Source of the DNA: Vicinamibacterales bacterium
Lineage (GTDB): Bacteria > Acidobacteriota > Vicinamibacteria > Vicinamibacterales > UBA8438
Assembly (NCBI GenBank): GCA_965223015.1
Contig: CBDCVL010000010.1
Span: 216,086 to 280,085 of the forward strand
Direction of reading: 5' to 3'
Length of the DNA: 64,000 nt
The notes beneath the pieces are model-generated. The model was not told the DNA's origin. It searched no databases and saw only the letters and a list, made by a program, of their open reading frames with translations. The position numbers and the translations under genes are program-made. Shown piece after piece: positions 49,912 to 57,872 of this stretch (positions are counted from its first letter, which is position 1; the number at the start of each line of letters is the position of its first letter).

Positions 49912-50946
49912 TCAGGCTGTTGTGGAGGCTCTCTTCCGGGCAGCGACCGCAGATTTCTTGCCGGCCGTGGCTGATGAACGTTTCGAAACTGCCCGGGCCG
50001 TCTTTGTTGACGCCGTTGAAACCGCCTTCGAAGGCTTCTTGGAGGCGGTCCCGGTACGCGGCTTCTTGACGACGGTCCTCGTGCGCGCTTCCGACGTGGT
50101 TGTCTTCTTCGTTGTTTTCTTCGTCTTCGCCGACCGGGTCGTCGGTCTCTTGAGCGGTGTCGCGGGAAGCGGCGCATCGTCGCCCCGTGGCTGCAAGGCT
50201 GCAGTGGTGCAATCGGATGCGATCGTGGCAGCCTGATCGCCTCTCAGGATCGGACGTCGAGACGCCTCCTCTCGGAGTCGAGCAATCTCGAGCTCGGTCG
50301 CCCGCCGCCTGGCCGCCTCGACCTGCACCTGGTGGCCCGCTGCCGCCAGCTGCTCTTCCATCCGAGCCAGCTTCTGCTCGGTCTCTGCTCTGATTCGACC
50401 TATCTCCAGCTCGGCCGCATTCTTGAGAGCGACCGCCGTCTGAGCCTTGTCGGTTGCGGCAGCTAGCCGATGGTTCATCTGCGCCAGACTCTTCTTTGTC
50501 TCGTCCTGAACACGCGCTAGTTGTTCCCGTACGCGAGCCATCTCTATCTCCGACGATCGCCGAGCCTCAGACTCCGAGCCGCGCCCGGCGTCAACCGGTG
50601 CCAGAAGCACACCCGTATCCTGTCGATACTGCTCGGCTGGGTGCTCGTGGCTACGCTCGGAAGCAGGCACGGGGATGGTCGTCGCCATCGACGGGACATG
50701 ACTCTCCGAAGATCCACTCCCATCTGTTCCCTCGGGGGGTCCGACGCCACGCTCGACGGTAGCCCCTGAGACTGGTGCCTCGGCCCGTTCTAGGGCTACC
50801 TTCGAATTGAACGTATCGGCCTGGAGTAGCCGACGCAGCCGGGCAGTCGCGTCGGCCGACTCGCTGCCCTTGGGCGGCTCGTCCTCCCCGCCACGCTCAA
50901 GGCCATCAGGGTTCCGTGAGAAGAATGTGAAGCTTAGGATTGACAC
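49912..50946 (-). CDS. coiled-coil protein A with histone-H1-like Lys/Thr/Ala-rich C-terminal tail
   Basis: GTG start. The N-terminus MSILSFTFFSRNPDG is paralogous to that of 54910..57852. The centre is heptad-rich (ELEIGRIRAETEQKLARMEEQLAAA). The tail reads SAKTKKTTKKTTT..KKPRTGTASKKPSK... Confidence 0.75.
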   Translation of the reverse strand: MSILSFTFFSRNPDGLERGGEDEPPKGSESADATARLRRLLQADTFNSKVALERAEAPVSGATVERGVGPPEGTDGSGSSESHVPSMATTIPVPASERSHEHPAEQYRQDTGVLLAPVDAGRGSESEARRSSEIEMARVREQLARVQDETKKSLAQMNHRLAAATDKAQTAVALKNAAELEIGRIRAETEQKLARMEEQLAAAGHQVQVEAARRRATELEIARLREEASRRPILRGDQAATIASDCTTAALQPRGDDAPLPATPLKRPTTRSAKTKKTTKKTTTSEARTRTVVKKPRTGTASKKPSKAVSTASTKTARAVSKRSSATAGKKSAVAARKRASTTA

Positions 50947-50979
50947 GGTTCTATACGGTCTCTCGTCACCGCTAGACGT

Positions 50980-50995
50980 AGCAGTCTCGATGCCA
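50980..50995 (-). promoter_or_regulatory. candidate sigma-54 promoter for coiled-coil protein A
   Basis: The minus strand reads TGGCATCGAGACTGCT (GG-N10-GC), about 35 nt upstream of the GTG. Confidence 0.4.
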
Positions 50996-51110
50996 GAACC
51001 GTGATCATCGCAACATACTGATTTTAATAATGCTGCATGAATATGCAGCGCACGATTCTGGCGAGCGTCCTACAGATCTGAAAGTCGCTGCGGGGCGGGG
51101 CGGCTACCCA

Positions 51111-51890
51111 TCAGCTGAGAAAGGACTCGAAGTTCAACGCTGTAACACGAAGAGTCACGACCTGCCCTTCGACCCCAAGCGGCCTTGCGGGCTGACCGTT
51201 GATCAGAATGGAAACAGCTGCCGCATTTCCAATTTTCAGAACGGCCTCCTGTTGCACCTGAAGCCGGACCGTGCGTCCAGCGGGCAGGAGGCGCTCGAGG
51301 GGCTCCGCTCCGTCGACGCTGGTGCTCAGCCAACAGTCGTCTCGAGTTGTCAAAACCAGAACTAGGTTGGAAGCACCGGCAACGCCCGTGCCCTGCGCCT
51401 CTGGCCCGGGATCGGTCTGCGCGACGGGAACGGGCGATCGGTCAGTTGGGGGTGGGCCCGACGGAGGGGCGAGTTCGGAAGGCTCTGGTTGAAGCGGCGT
51501 TTCGGTCACCTGCGGGACGGGCTGGGCTACCTCCGTGACTTCTGCGACCTCTGATATCTGGGGCACCGATTCTGAAGGCCTCAGGAGCACGGCCAGCACG
51601 ACACCGCACAACAGCCCGAACCCAAACGAGCCGTAGAGAAGGGAGTTCGACCGGCCGGCGCCGAGCGAGCTCGCACCAGCCGTGCGCCCGGTGGTCTCGC
51701 CCTCACCTCCCGAAAGGAGGCGTTCGGCATCACGTTTGGCCGCCGCGCTCACCTCCAGCAGACCGTTGGCAACGGCTTGGCGCAACGCGGTCAGCCGAGC
51801 GATCTCTTGCTGAGCCGCCTGAATCCGTTCGCTGCCCTCGCGGGTCTCTTCCGGCTTAGGCGAATCCATGGATGTCCCTGTCCGAGTCAC
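51111..51890 (-). CDS. RodZ C-terminal domain (DUF4115) membrane protein lacking the RodZ HTH
   Basis: Short N-terminal coiled coil, one TM (LLYGSFGFGLLCGVVLAVLL), a Pro-rich linker, and a C-terminal segment LVLTTRDDCWLSTSVDG..LKIGNAAAVSILINGQ typical of DUF4115. Confidence 0.7.
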   Translation of the reverse strand: MTRTGTSMDSPKPEETREGSERIQAAQQEIARLTALRQAVANGLLEVSAAAKRDAERLLSGGEGETTGRTAGASSLGAGRSNSLLYGSFGFGLLCGVVLAVLLRPSESVPQISEVAEVTEVAQPVPQVTETPLQPEPSELAPPSGPPPTDRSPVPVAQTDPGPEAQGTGVAGASNLVLVLTTRDDCWLSTSVDGAEPLERLLPAGRTVRLQVQQEAVLKIGNAAAVSILINGQPARPLGVEGQVVTLRVTALNFESFLS

Positions 51891-52010
51891 ACACCTTCGT
51901 GGCGGTCGAGCCGGATACGAGAGAACCTTACTAGAGCGTTTTCCGAAAAGCTCTAGTACTCGATAGGCGGTTCATGGTACTCCTACGTGCAACGTCCTGT
52001 AGGAGGATCA

Positions 52011-52448
52011 ATGCGCGCCTATTCGATGGATCTTCGCGAACGAGTGCTCCACGATAGCGACGCGGGCATGCAGGCGGCCGCGGTCGCGAGCAAATACCGC
52101 GTCAGTGCCTCCTGGGTCCGGCGGCTCAAACAACGGCGGCGGGAAACCGGCGAAGTCGCCCCGCGCCAGCAGCGTTACGGGCGGCATCCGGTGCTCGCGT
52201 CCCAGCTGCACACGCTCGCGGCCTTGATCCGCGAGCAACCGGACCGCACCCTCGCCGACCTACAGGTCGCCCTGGGTACGTCCGCCAGTCTGGCGACGAT
52301 GTGGCGGGCCGTGAAACAGCTGGGCTGTACCGTAAAAAAAAACGGTGCGCGCGTCCGAACACGATCGCCCCGACGTCGCGGCCGCCCGCGCGCAGTGGGC
52401 AACGACTGCCCCGACGCTCGACCCGACTCGCCTCGTCTTTCTGGATGA
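52011..52448 (+). CDS. IS630 transposase orfA
   Basis: [12 protein letters not shown].., preceded by AGGAGG. Confidence 0.8.
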   Translation: MRAYSMDLRERVLHDSDAGMQAAAVASKYRVSASWVRRLKQRRRETGEVAPRQQRYGRHPVLASQLHTLAALIREQPDRTLADLQVALGTSASLATMWRAVKQLGCTVKKNGARVRTRSPRRRGRPRAVGNDCPDARPDSPRLSG

Positions 52449-52950
52449 AAGCGGGGTCGCCACCAATCTCCTGCGGCGCTATGGGCGCAGCCTTCGCGGC
52501 CAGCGGGTCGCCGATCACGCGCCCCAGGGTCGGTGGGAGAGCAGTACCTTCATCGCCGCGCTGCGGGTGACGGGGCTCACCGCGCCGGGGGTCCTCGATG
52601 GCCCGATGGACGGGGCCAGCTTCCTCGCCTACGTCGAACAGATCCTCGTCCCGACGTTGCAGCCCGGTGACATGGTGATTGCCGACAACCTCGCCGCGCA
52701 CAAAGTCGACGGCGTGCGCCACGCTATTGAAGCGGCCGGCGCGACGCTGCGCTTCCTGCCGCCCTACAGTCCCGACTTCAACCCCATCGAGCTGAGCTTC
52801 GCCAAACTCAAAGCTATCGTCCGCCAAGCCCGCTGCCGCTCGCTCGACACGCTCTGGCCGCTCCTCGGTGCGTGTCTGTCGCGCTTCACCCCCACCGAAT
52901 GCCGCAACTACGTCCATCATTGCGGCTACACGGCCGCCAAAGCGTCATGA
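52345..52950 (+). CDS. IS630 transposase orfB (DDE part)
   Basis: LVFLDESG and YSPDFNPIE. The frame opens at the A-run. Confidence 0.8.
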   Translation: MRASEHDRPDVAAARAQWATTAPTLDPTRLVFLDESGVATNLLRRYGRSLRGQRVADHAPQGRWESSTFIAALRVTGLTAPGVLDGPMDGASFLAYVEQILVPTLQPGDMVIADNLAAHKVDGVRHAIEAAGATLRFLPPYSPDFNPIELSFAKLKAIVRQARCRSLDTLWPLLGACLSRFTPTECRNYVHHCGYTAAKAS

Positions 52951-52998
52951 AAAACGCTCTAGTCTGCCTATCGGTCTCACCCCTCTACGCCAGTAGCG

Positions 52999-54522
52999 TC
53001 AACGGGGCAGTTGTAGCACGACACGGCATCCACGGGGCTGTTTCGGGTGGATGGTCGCCGAGCCGCCGTGCAGCTCCATCACACGCCGCGCCGCTGCCAG
53101 GGCGACGGCGGCGGAGTACCCCCCGGGCCTTCCATGGAAACTCTCGTCAAAGAAACGCGTCATCAGTGTCGAGGAAACGGGCACATTGTCCTGGGAGAGC
53201 TCCACGACGGCAGTTGAATCGCGCACCGCCACGTCGCACCGGAGAACTGCCGGAGCTGTTTGACCAACCAGGGCCAGAATCGCCTGGAGCGTCCCCCCGT
53301 ACGCCATCACAAGGAGACGATCGTCCCCGCTCAGAACGATGGAAGCTTCTGTCAGGTTTGCCAATAATCGTGTGCTGGCCAACCGGCGCTCCGGCCGTGT
53401 CGCAGTGAACACCCGGTCGAGAAGCGAGCCAAGATTCTGACTGCCCCTATTCAGCACCGGTCGTCCACTGAGAACACGCAAACCTTCAACGAGCCAGAGC
53501 GCCCGCTGCAACTCTACCTTGGTGACTTCGCTGACCGTTCGATGGTAGGGCCGCCCGATGCCGTCCGCAGAGAGCCCCCAACACGACATCGCAGCTCCCA
53601 GGCTTCCGGTCAGCTCGCCGAGTGTTGGATCCAACACCGTCGCCAGATCTGGGACACGATGAGAGCCAGCTGTCACCGGGCTCTCCTGATCCATACCGCC
53701 ACGGTCCAACCACGCCAGCATGTGCGCCTCCTCGTCATCGACGTCACAGACCCTGCACGGAAGTAACGCGATCTCGGCCGCCTTGGCTGCTGCGAACCAC
53801 GCGGCTCCGACGAGAAGCTCGTAGCCGGATTCTTGGCGCCGAACGAGGAGCGGCTGCAGCAAACCGTGCCTTCGCACCACTGGTGCAAGGGACTCAGACA
53901 ACGCCGAATCAACGGACGGCAGGGCGTGGTCGGCGTGGATGTCGTCAATGGGCAACATGTCGAGCGGGATGACCTGCGCTGATCCAGCTGGGGTCGAATC
54001 CGAGTCGCTCGACGGAGCGGATGTTTCGGCAGCCCGACGATAAACCGCAGAAAGCATGTCCGGCCGGCCGGGGCGCTCGAAGGAGCGAAGCGCAGCGGCG
54101 AAATCTGACACCGACCCGTAGACAGGGGAATCGGGACCAGTACCAGAAACGAGCGCCCAGACATGCTCGGGAGCATCGGTGGGAAGAAGGGCGCGAAAGA
54201 TGTCGACGAGCGTCGCGACTGGGTCCGAAGGCCGGTTTGGCTGCCGGAGGAACCTCACGGTGCCGTCCGGAGTCAGCTCGAGATCGTGATAGGTCGGGAG
54301 CACACTCTTCCCCGACCGTTCGAGGACGTCGGCAACCTCGAGCACGATCGCGACCGCCTCCTGCCACTCGAAGGAGACCTGTCGCTGCACCAACGACGCC
54401 ACCGTAAGCGGGCCCGACGACGAAGAGGCCTCTCCTGACATCACCACGCAAGACTCGGAAGTTGGTCTACCTGACTCCAGGGCAGGCACAGGCCCGGATG
54501 GCTTCATCGCGGGCTGCCCCAT
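52999..54522 (-). CDS. three-domain fusion: kinase-C-lobe-like N-terminus, ParB/Srx-like domain, histidine-kinase-like (GHKL) ATPase C-terminus
   Basis: N-terminal FEWQEAVAIVLEVADVLERSG..YHDLELTPDGTVRFL resembles a kinase catalytic-loop region without the HRD/DFG residues. The middle VIPLDML..GLLQPLLVRRQESGYELLVGAAWFAAAK is ParB-N-like, with GAAW replacing GERR. The C-terminal ..GGYSAAVALAAARRVMELHGGSATIHPKQPRGCRVVLQLP is HATPase_c-like. Confidence 0.7.
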   Translation of the reverse strand: MGQPAMKPSGPVPALESGRPTSESCVVMSGEASSSSGPLTVASLVQRQVSFEWQEAVAIVLEVADVLERSGKSVLPTYHDLELTPDGTVRFLRQPNRPSDPVATLVDIFRALLPTDAPEHVWALVSGTGPDSPVYGSVSDFAAALRSFERPGRPDMLSAVYRRAAETSAPSSDSDSTPAGSAQVIPLDMLPIDDIHADHALPSVDSALSESLAPVVRRHGLLQPLLVRRQESGYELLVGAAWFAAAKAAEIALLPCRVCDVDDEEAHMLAWLDRGGMDQESPVTAGSHRVPDLATVLDPTLGELTGSLGAAMSCWGLSADGIGRPYHRTVSEVTKVELQRALWLVEGLRVLSGRPVLNRGSQNLGSLLDRVFTATRPERRLASTRLLANLTEASIVLSGDDRLLVMAYGGTLQAILALVGQTAPAVLRCDVAVRDSTAVVELSQDNVPVSSTLMTRFFDESFHGRPGGYSAAVALAAARRVMELHGGSATIHPKQPRGCRVVLQLPR

Positions 54523-54866
54523 ACGTACACGAGACGCATTGCGTCAGAAAGCATGTACCGTACCGCATAGTGTCCCTATGTTTAGGCTGTAAGCGTGCCT
54601 GTCGCACCGCTTGTCACCTTATACCCGTCGCGGAGTTCTTGCTGGAACAGGACTTTTGATCTATACGTGTCAGTACTCCAAGGTCGTGCAGCCGACCCCC
54701 GAAGCTGAAACCCGACACGCACTGAGAAGGGAGCCCGATTTCGATACTGCAGACCAGCTACCAGATTCGTCAGAAAGTGACGCGAGATTCGGTGCTCAAC
54801 GCGGTTCTTGCTGCAGTTTCTCGTGCCGATCGGCGACAGCCGATGAGAGCACTCGGATCGCGCTCT

Positions 54867-54883
54867 TGGCACAGCACCTGCAT
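54867..54883 (+). promoter_or_regulatory. candidate sigma-54 promoter for coiled-coil protein B
   Basis: TGGCACAGCACCTGCAT against the consensus TGGCACG-N4-TTGCW. It is followed by the GGGAGG RBS and GTG 54910. Confidence 0.5.
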
Positions 54884-54909
54884 TTGACGCTGCCTGGGAG
54901 GCAACTGAA

Positions 54910-57852
54910 GTGCCACTATTGAACCTCGGCTTCTTCCAGCGCAACTCGCGAGGGCCGGCAGAGACCAGCTCGGAGGAGCCAGGTCCAGATGGACTTTCTG
55001 CGGAATCCGAAGACCTCGAGGGCGGTGACGGCACCGACGAGGAGGACGCTGAATCACCCAACGGCGACACGCCAGTGGCTCTCCGCCGCCTCGCGAGTAT
55101 GCTTGACTCCGGCACCAGCGTGGGGCCCGCCGTCGCCCGCCTCACGAGTATGCTCGACTCCGGCACCAGCGTGGGGACCGCCGTCGCCGAACCCGAGGGA
55201 CCAGAACCGGAATCTGTTTCAGAACACAGTGCCGAGCCGGATACAGACCCGGGTACGGAGGCGGTTGCCTCGTCACCTGGCTCGACGGTACTCACTACCG
55301 AGGGGACAGACAGTCAATCCAGCGTTTTCGCTCCACCCCAGCCACAACAGCCCACGGTGTTTCTTCCGGCAGAAGCCGGCAAGGGCGAGGATGTGGGCAG
55401 CGTCAACTTGGAGCTCGAGCAGCTCCGCGCCGAGGCCGAGGCAGCGAAGACAGCGTTCTCTACGCTGCAGCAGGAGCTAAACGACAGAGTTGCGGAGGCC
55501 CGGCGAGCCGAGGACGAAGCCCGGGCCACCATCGCACAACTGCAGCGGGAACGAGACGACCGCGTCGCCGACGCGCGACGCGAGACCGAAACGGACCATG
55601 CGGCCCAGGTGCAGGAACTAGAGGCGCGTGCCACTGAACAACGCGAGACCGCCGTCGCCGAAGCCCACACCGACGCCGAGGCCGCCCTGAAACACGCCCT
55701 CGCCGAGAGCGCCCAGCAGCACGATGCCGCCCTGGCCCAGCTCCGAGCCGAGGCCGCCGAGGCCAATGAAGCCCAAGCCACCATCGCACAACTGCAGCAG
55801 GAGCTAGCCGAGCGGGTAGCTGACGCACGGCGCGAGACTGAGACGGACCATGCGGCCCTGGTGCAGGAACTGGAGGCCCGTGCCGCCGAACAACGCGAGA
55901 CCGCCGTCGCCGAAGCCCGCACCGACGCCGAGGCCGACCTGAAACGCGCCCTCGCCGAGAGCGCCCAGCAGCACGATGCCGCCCTGGCCCAGCTCCGAGC
56001 CGAGGCCGCCGAGGCCAATGAAGCCCAGACCACCATCGCACAACTACAGCAGGAGCTAACCGAGCGGGTGGCTGACGCACGGCGCGAGAATGAGACGGAC
56101 CATGCGGCCCAGGTGCAGGAACTGGAGGCGCGTGCCACTGAACAACGCGAGACCGCCGTCGCCGAAGCCCACACCGACGCCGAGGCCGACCTGAAACACG
56201 CCCTCGCCGAGAGCGCCCAGCAGCATGATGCCGCCCTGGCCCAGCTCCGAGCCGAGGCCGCCGAGGCCAATGAAGCCCAAGCCACCATCGCGCAAGTGCA
56301 GCAGGAGCTAACCGAGCGGGTGGCTGACGCACGGCGCGAGACCGAGACGGACCATGCGGCCCAGGTGCAGGAGCTGGAGGCGCGTGCCGCTGAAGAACGT
56401 GAGACCGCCGTCGCCGAGGCCCGCACCGACGCCGAGGCCGCCCTGAAACGCGCCCTCGCCGAGAGCGCCCAGCAGCATGATGCCGCCCTGGCCCAGCTCC
56501 GAGCCGAGGCCGCCGAGGCCAATGAAGCCCAAGCCACCATCGCGCAAGTGCAGCAGGAGCTAACCGAGCGGGTGGCTGACGCACGGCGCGAGACCGAGAC
56601 GGACCATGCGGCCCAGGTGCAGGAGCTGGAGGCGCGTGCCGCTGAAGAACGTGAGACCGCCGTCGCCGAGGCCCGCACCGACGCCGAGGCCGCCCTGAAA
56701 CGCGCCCTCGCCGAGAGCGCCCAGCAGCACGACAACGCCCTGGCTACCGTCCGGACCGAGCTCGATGAGGCCCGGACCACCGTGGCGCAGCTGCAACAGA
56801 ACCTAACCAAGCGGGTAGCTGAGGCGCTGCAGGAGGCCGACGATGACCATGCGGCCCAGATCCAGGAAGTAGAGACCCGAGCCGCCAGACGGCTCGAGAC
56901 CGCGATGGCCGAAGCTGATGCTGCCCACACCGCGCGCGTCGAAGAAACGAAGTCACGTGCCGATGAGCAGCGCGAAGAAGCCGTCAGCCAGGCGAGAGCG
57001 GCAGCCCACGCCGAGCTGGACCGTGCCCTGTCTGAAAACGCGAGGCAGCACGACGACGTACTCGCGCACACGCAGGGGGAGACGGAAAAGGTCCGACAGG
57101 AAGCGATTCGGGCACACGCAGAGGCAGACGATGCCCGACAGGAGCTTGCGGCCGTGCAATCCAGCTCCGACAAAGCTCAGGCGCAGCTCAGCGAGTTGCA
57201 GACCACGTTCTCGGACCAAGTCGACCTGATGAAGCGTGAAGCCCACGCGGCCTATGTCACCCAGTTGGCAGAGATGGAGGCGCGTCTAAGCGCGACCCGC
57301 GAAGCGCAGGCCGCAGCGGAGGCGACCTTCGGCCGGAAGCACGCGGAGCTTGCCGAACGACACAAAGCAGCCCTGATGAAGGTTCAGGCCGACACAGAGC
57401 GGGCCGAAGACGAGCTGACGGCGTTACGGAACGTCGTCGCGGACAGGATAGAGCAGGCCAAGCAAGAGGGTGCTCGGGAACAGGCGACACAGCTCTTGGA
57501 AGTGGAAGCAGGGGCGGAAGCACGTCTGCGGCACCTGCAGGAAAAACACGCCGAGCGTATCAATCAATTGACACGTCAGGCCGACACCCAGCACACATCT
57601 GAGCTCGAACAAGCGCGGGCTCAGGCCGAAGCGACCCTTGCCCGAGAACAGGCAAGACTCGCGCAGCGCCACGGTGAAGAGCTTGCCCAGGTTCGCGAAG
57701 ATGTGGAGCGTGCCGCGCAGTCCGTTCGCGACGCCCGGACGCAGCACGCGACCGAGCTCGCCGAACTGGAACGACGCACAGAGGCACGGCTCTCGGAGGC
57801 CGTAGCCAAAGCAAGAGCCGCGGCGGAGGAAAGGCTAAAGAGCAGACCCTAG
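54910..57852 (+). CDS. 980-aa coiled-coil protein B with acidic N-terminal region and 84-aa tandem repeats
   Basis: GTG start with a GGGAGG RBS. The N-terminus MPLLNLGFFQRNSRG is followed by an acidic low-complexity region and then about 800 aa of Ala/Glu/Arg/Gln-rich heptad-like sequence. Confidence 0.85.
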   Translation: MPLLNLGFFQRNSRGPAETSSEEPGPDGLSAESEDLEGGDGTDEEDAESPNGDTPVALRRLASMLDSGTSVGPAVARLTSMLDSGTSVGTAVAEPEGPEPESVSEHSAEPDTDPGTEAVASSPGSTVLTTEGTDSQSSVFAPPQPQQPTVFLPAEAGKGEDVGSVNLELEQLRAEAEAAKTAFSTLQQELNDRVAEARRAEDEARATIAQLQRERDDRVADARRETETDHAAQVQELEARATEQRETAVAEAHTDAEAALKHALAESAQQHDAALAQLRAEAAEANEAQATIAQLQQELAERVADARRETETDHAALVQELEARAAEQRETAVAEARTDAEADLKRALAESAQQHDAALAQLRAEAAEANEAQTTIAQLQQELTERVADARRENETDHAAQVQELEARATEQRETAVAEAHTDAEADLKHALAESAQQHDAALAQLRAEAAEANEAQATIAQVQQELTERVADARRETETDHAAQVQELEARAAEERETAVAEARTDAEAALKRALAESAQQHDAALAQLRAEAAEANEAQATIAQVQQELTERVADARRETETDHAAQVQELEARAAEERETAVAEARTDAEAALKRALAESAQQHDNALATVRTELDEARTTVAQLQQNLTKRVAEALQEADDDHAAQIQEVETRAARRLETAMAEADAAHTARVEETKSRADEQREEAVSQARAAAHAELDRALSENARQHDDVLAHTQGETEKVRQEAIRAHAEADDARQELAAVQSSSDKAQAQLSELQTTFSDQVDLMKREAHAAYVTQLAEMEARLSATREAQAAAEATFGRKHAELAERHKAALMKVQADTERAEDELTALRNVVADRIEQAKQEGAREQATQLLEVEAGAEARLRHLQEKHAERINQLTRQADTQHTSELEQARAQAEATLAREQARLAQRHGEELAQVREDVERAAQSVRDARTQHATELAELERRTEARLSEAVAKARAAAEERLKSRP
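55087..55188 (+). repeat. 51-bp in-frame tandem duplication (RLASMLDSGTSVGPAVA / RLTSMLDSGTSVGTAVA)
   Basis: Read directly from the sequence. Confidence 0.9.
55525..56784 (+). repeat. five tandem in-frame 252-bp (84-aa) repeats inside coiled-coil protein B
   Basis: Unit starts at 55525, 55777, 56029, 56281 and 56533. Units 4 and 5 are identical over roughly their first 195 nt. A degenerate sixth unit follows. Confidence 0.95.
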
Positions 57853-57872
57853 CCGACAGCGACGAGCGTCAG

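Larger units (their letters stand above)
51934..52959 (+). mobile_element. IS630-family insertion sequence, copy 2 (1026 bp), diverged from copy 1
   Basis: Ends GAGCGTTTTCC.. / ..GAAAAACGCTC, flanked by TA (51932..51933 and 52960..52961). It has the same two-ORF layout with an A9 run at 52334..52342. Confidence 0.85.

Noticed and set aside
51934-51959. Palindrome CTAGAGCGTTTTCCGAAAAGCTCTAG at the left end of IS630 copy 2, considered as an abutted IR-IR junction or excision footprint
   Set aside because: The equivalent subterminal region of copy 1 aligns position for position without a gap. It is therefore part of the IS end rather than a second inverted repeat.
35633-52959. The two IS630 copies as ends of a 17-kb composite transposon
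   Set aside because: Each copy has its own TA duplication and the copies are substantially diverged. The intervening DNA carries core genes (aceEF, ECF sigma/anti-sigma, HtrA), and no shared outer target duplication is visible.
54611-54922. 103-aa ORF with a twin-arginine-like start (TRRGVLAGTGLL) in the divergent intergenic region
   Set aside because: It has a TTG start without an RBS and third-codon-position GC visibly lower than neighbouring genes. It overlaps the sigma-54 element, RBS and start of protein B, so the Tat-like string is probably fortuitous.
55525-56784. Regular 252-bp periodicity considered as a CRISPR-like or satellite array
   Set aside because: There is no short repeat/unique spacer structure. 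The whole unit repeats, it is a multiple of 3, and it stays in frame within a long ORF.
55314-57173. Long minus-strand ORFs (619 aa and 374 aa, plus the 78-79-aa series spaced 252 nt apart) antisense to coiled-coil protein B
   Set aside because: Their products are extreme Ser/Ala/Arg/Cys or Arg/Pro/Gly low-complexity strings that simply mirror the GC-rich repeats. The plus-strand frame gives a coherent heptad-like protein with an RBS and a paralogous N-terminus.
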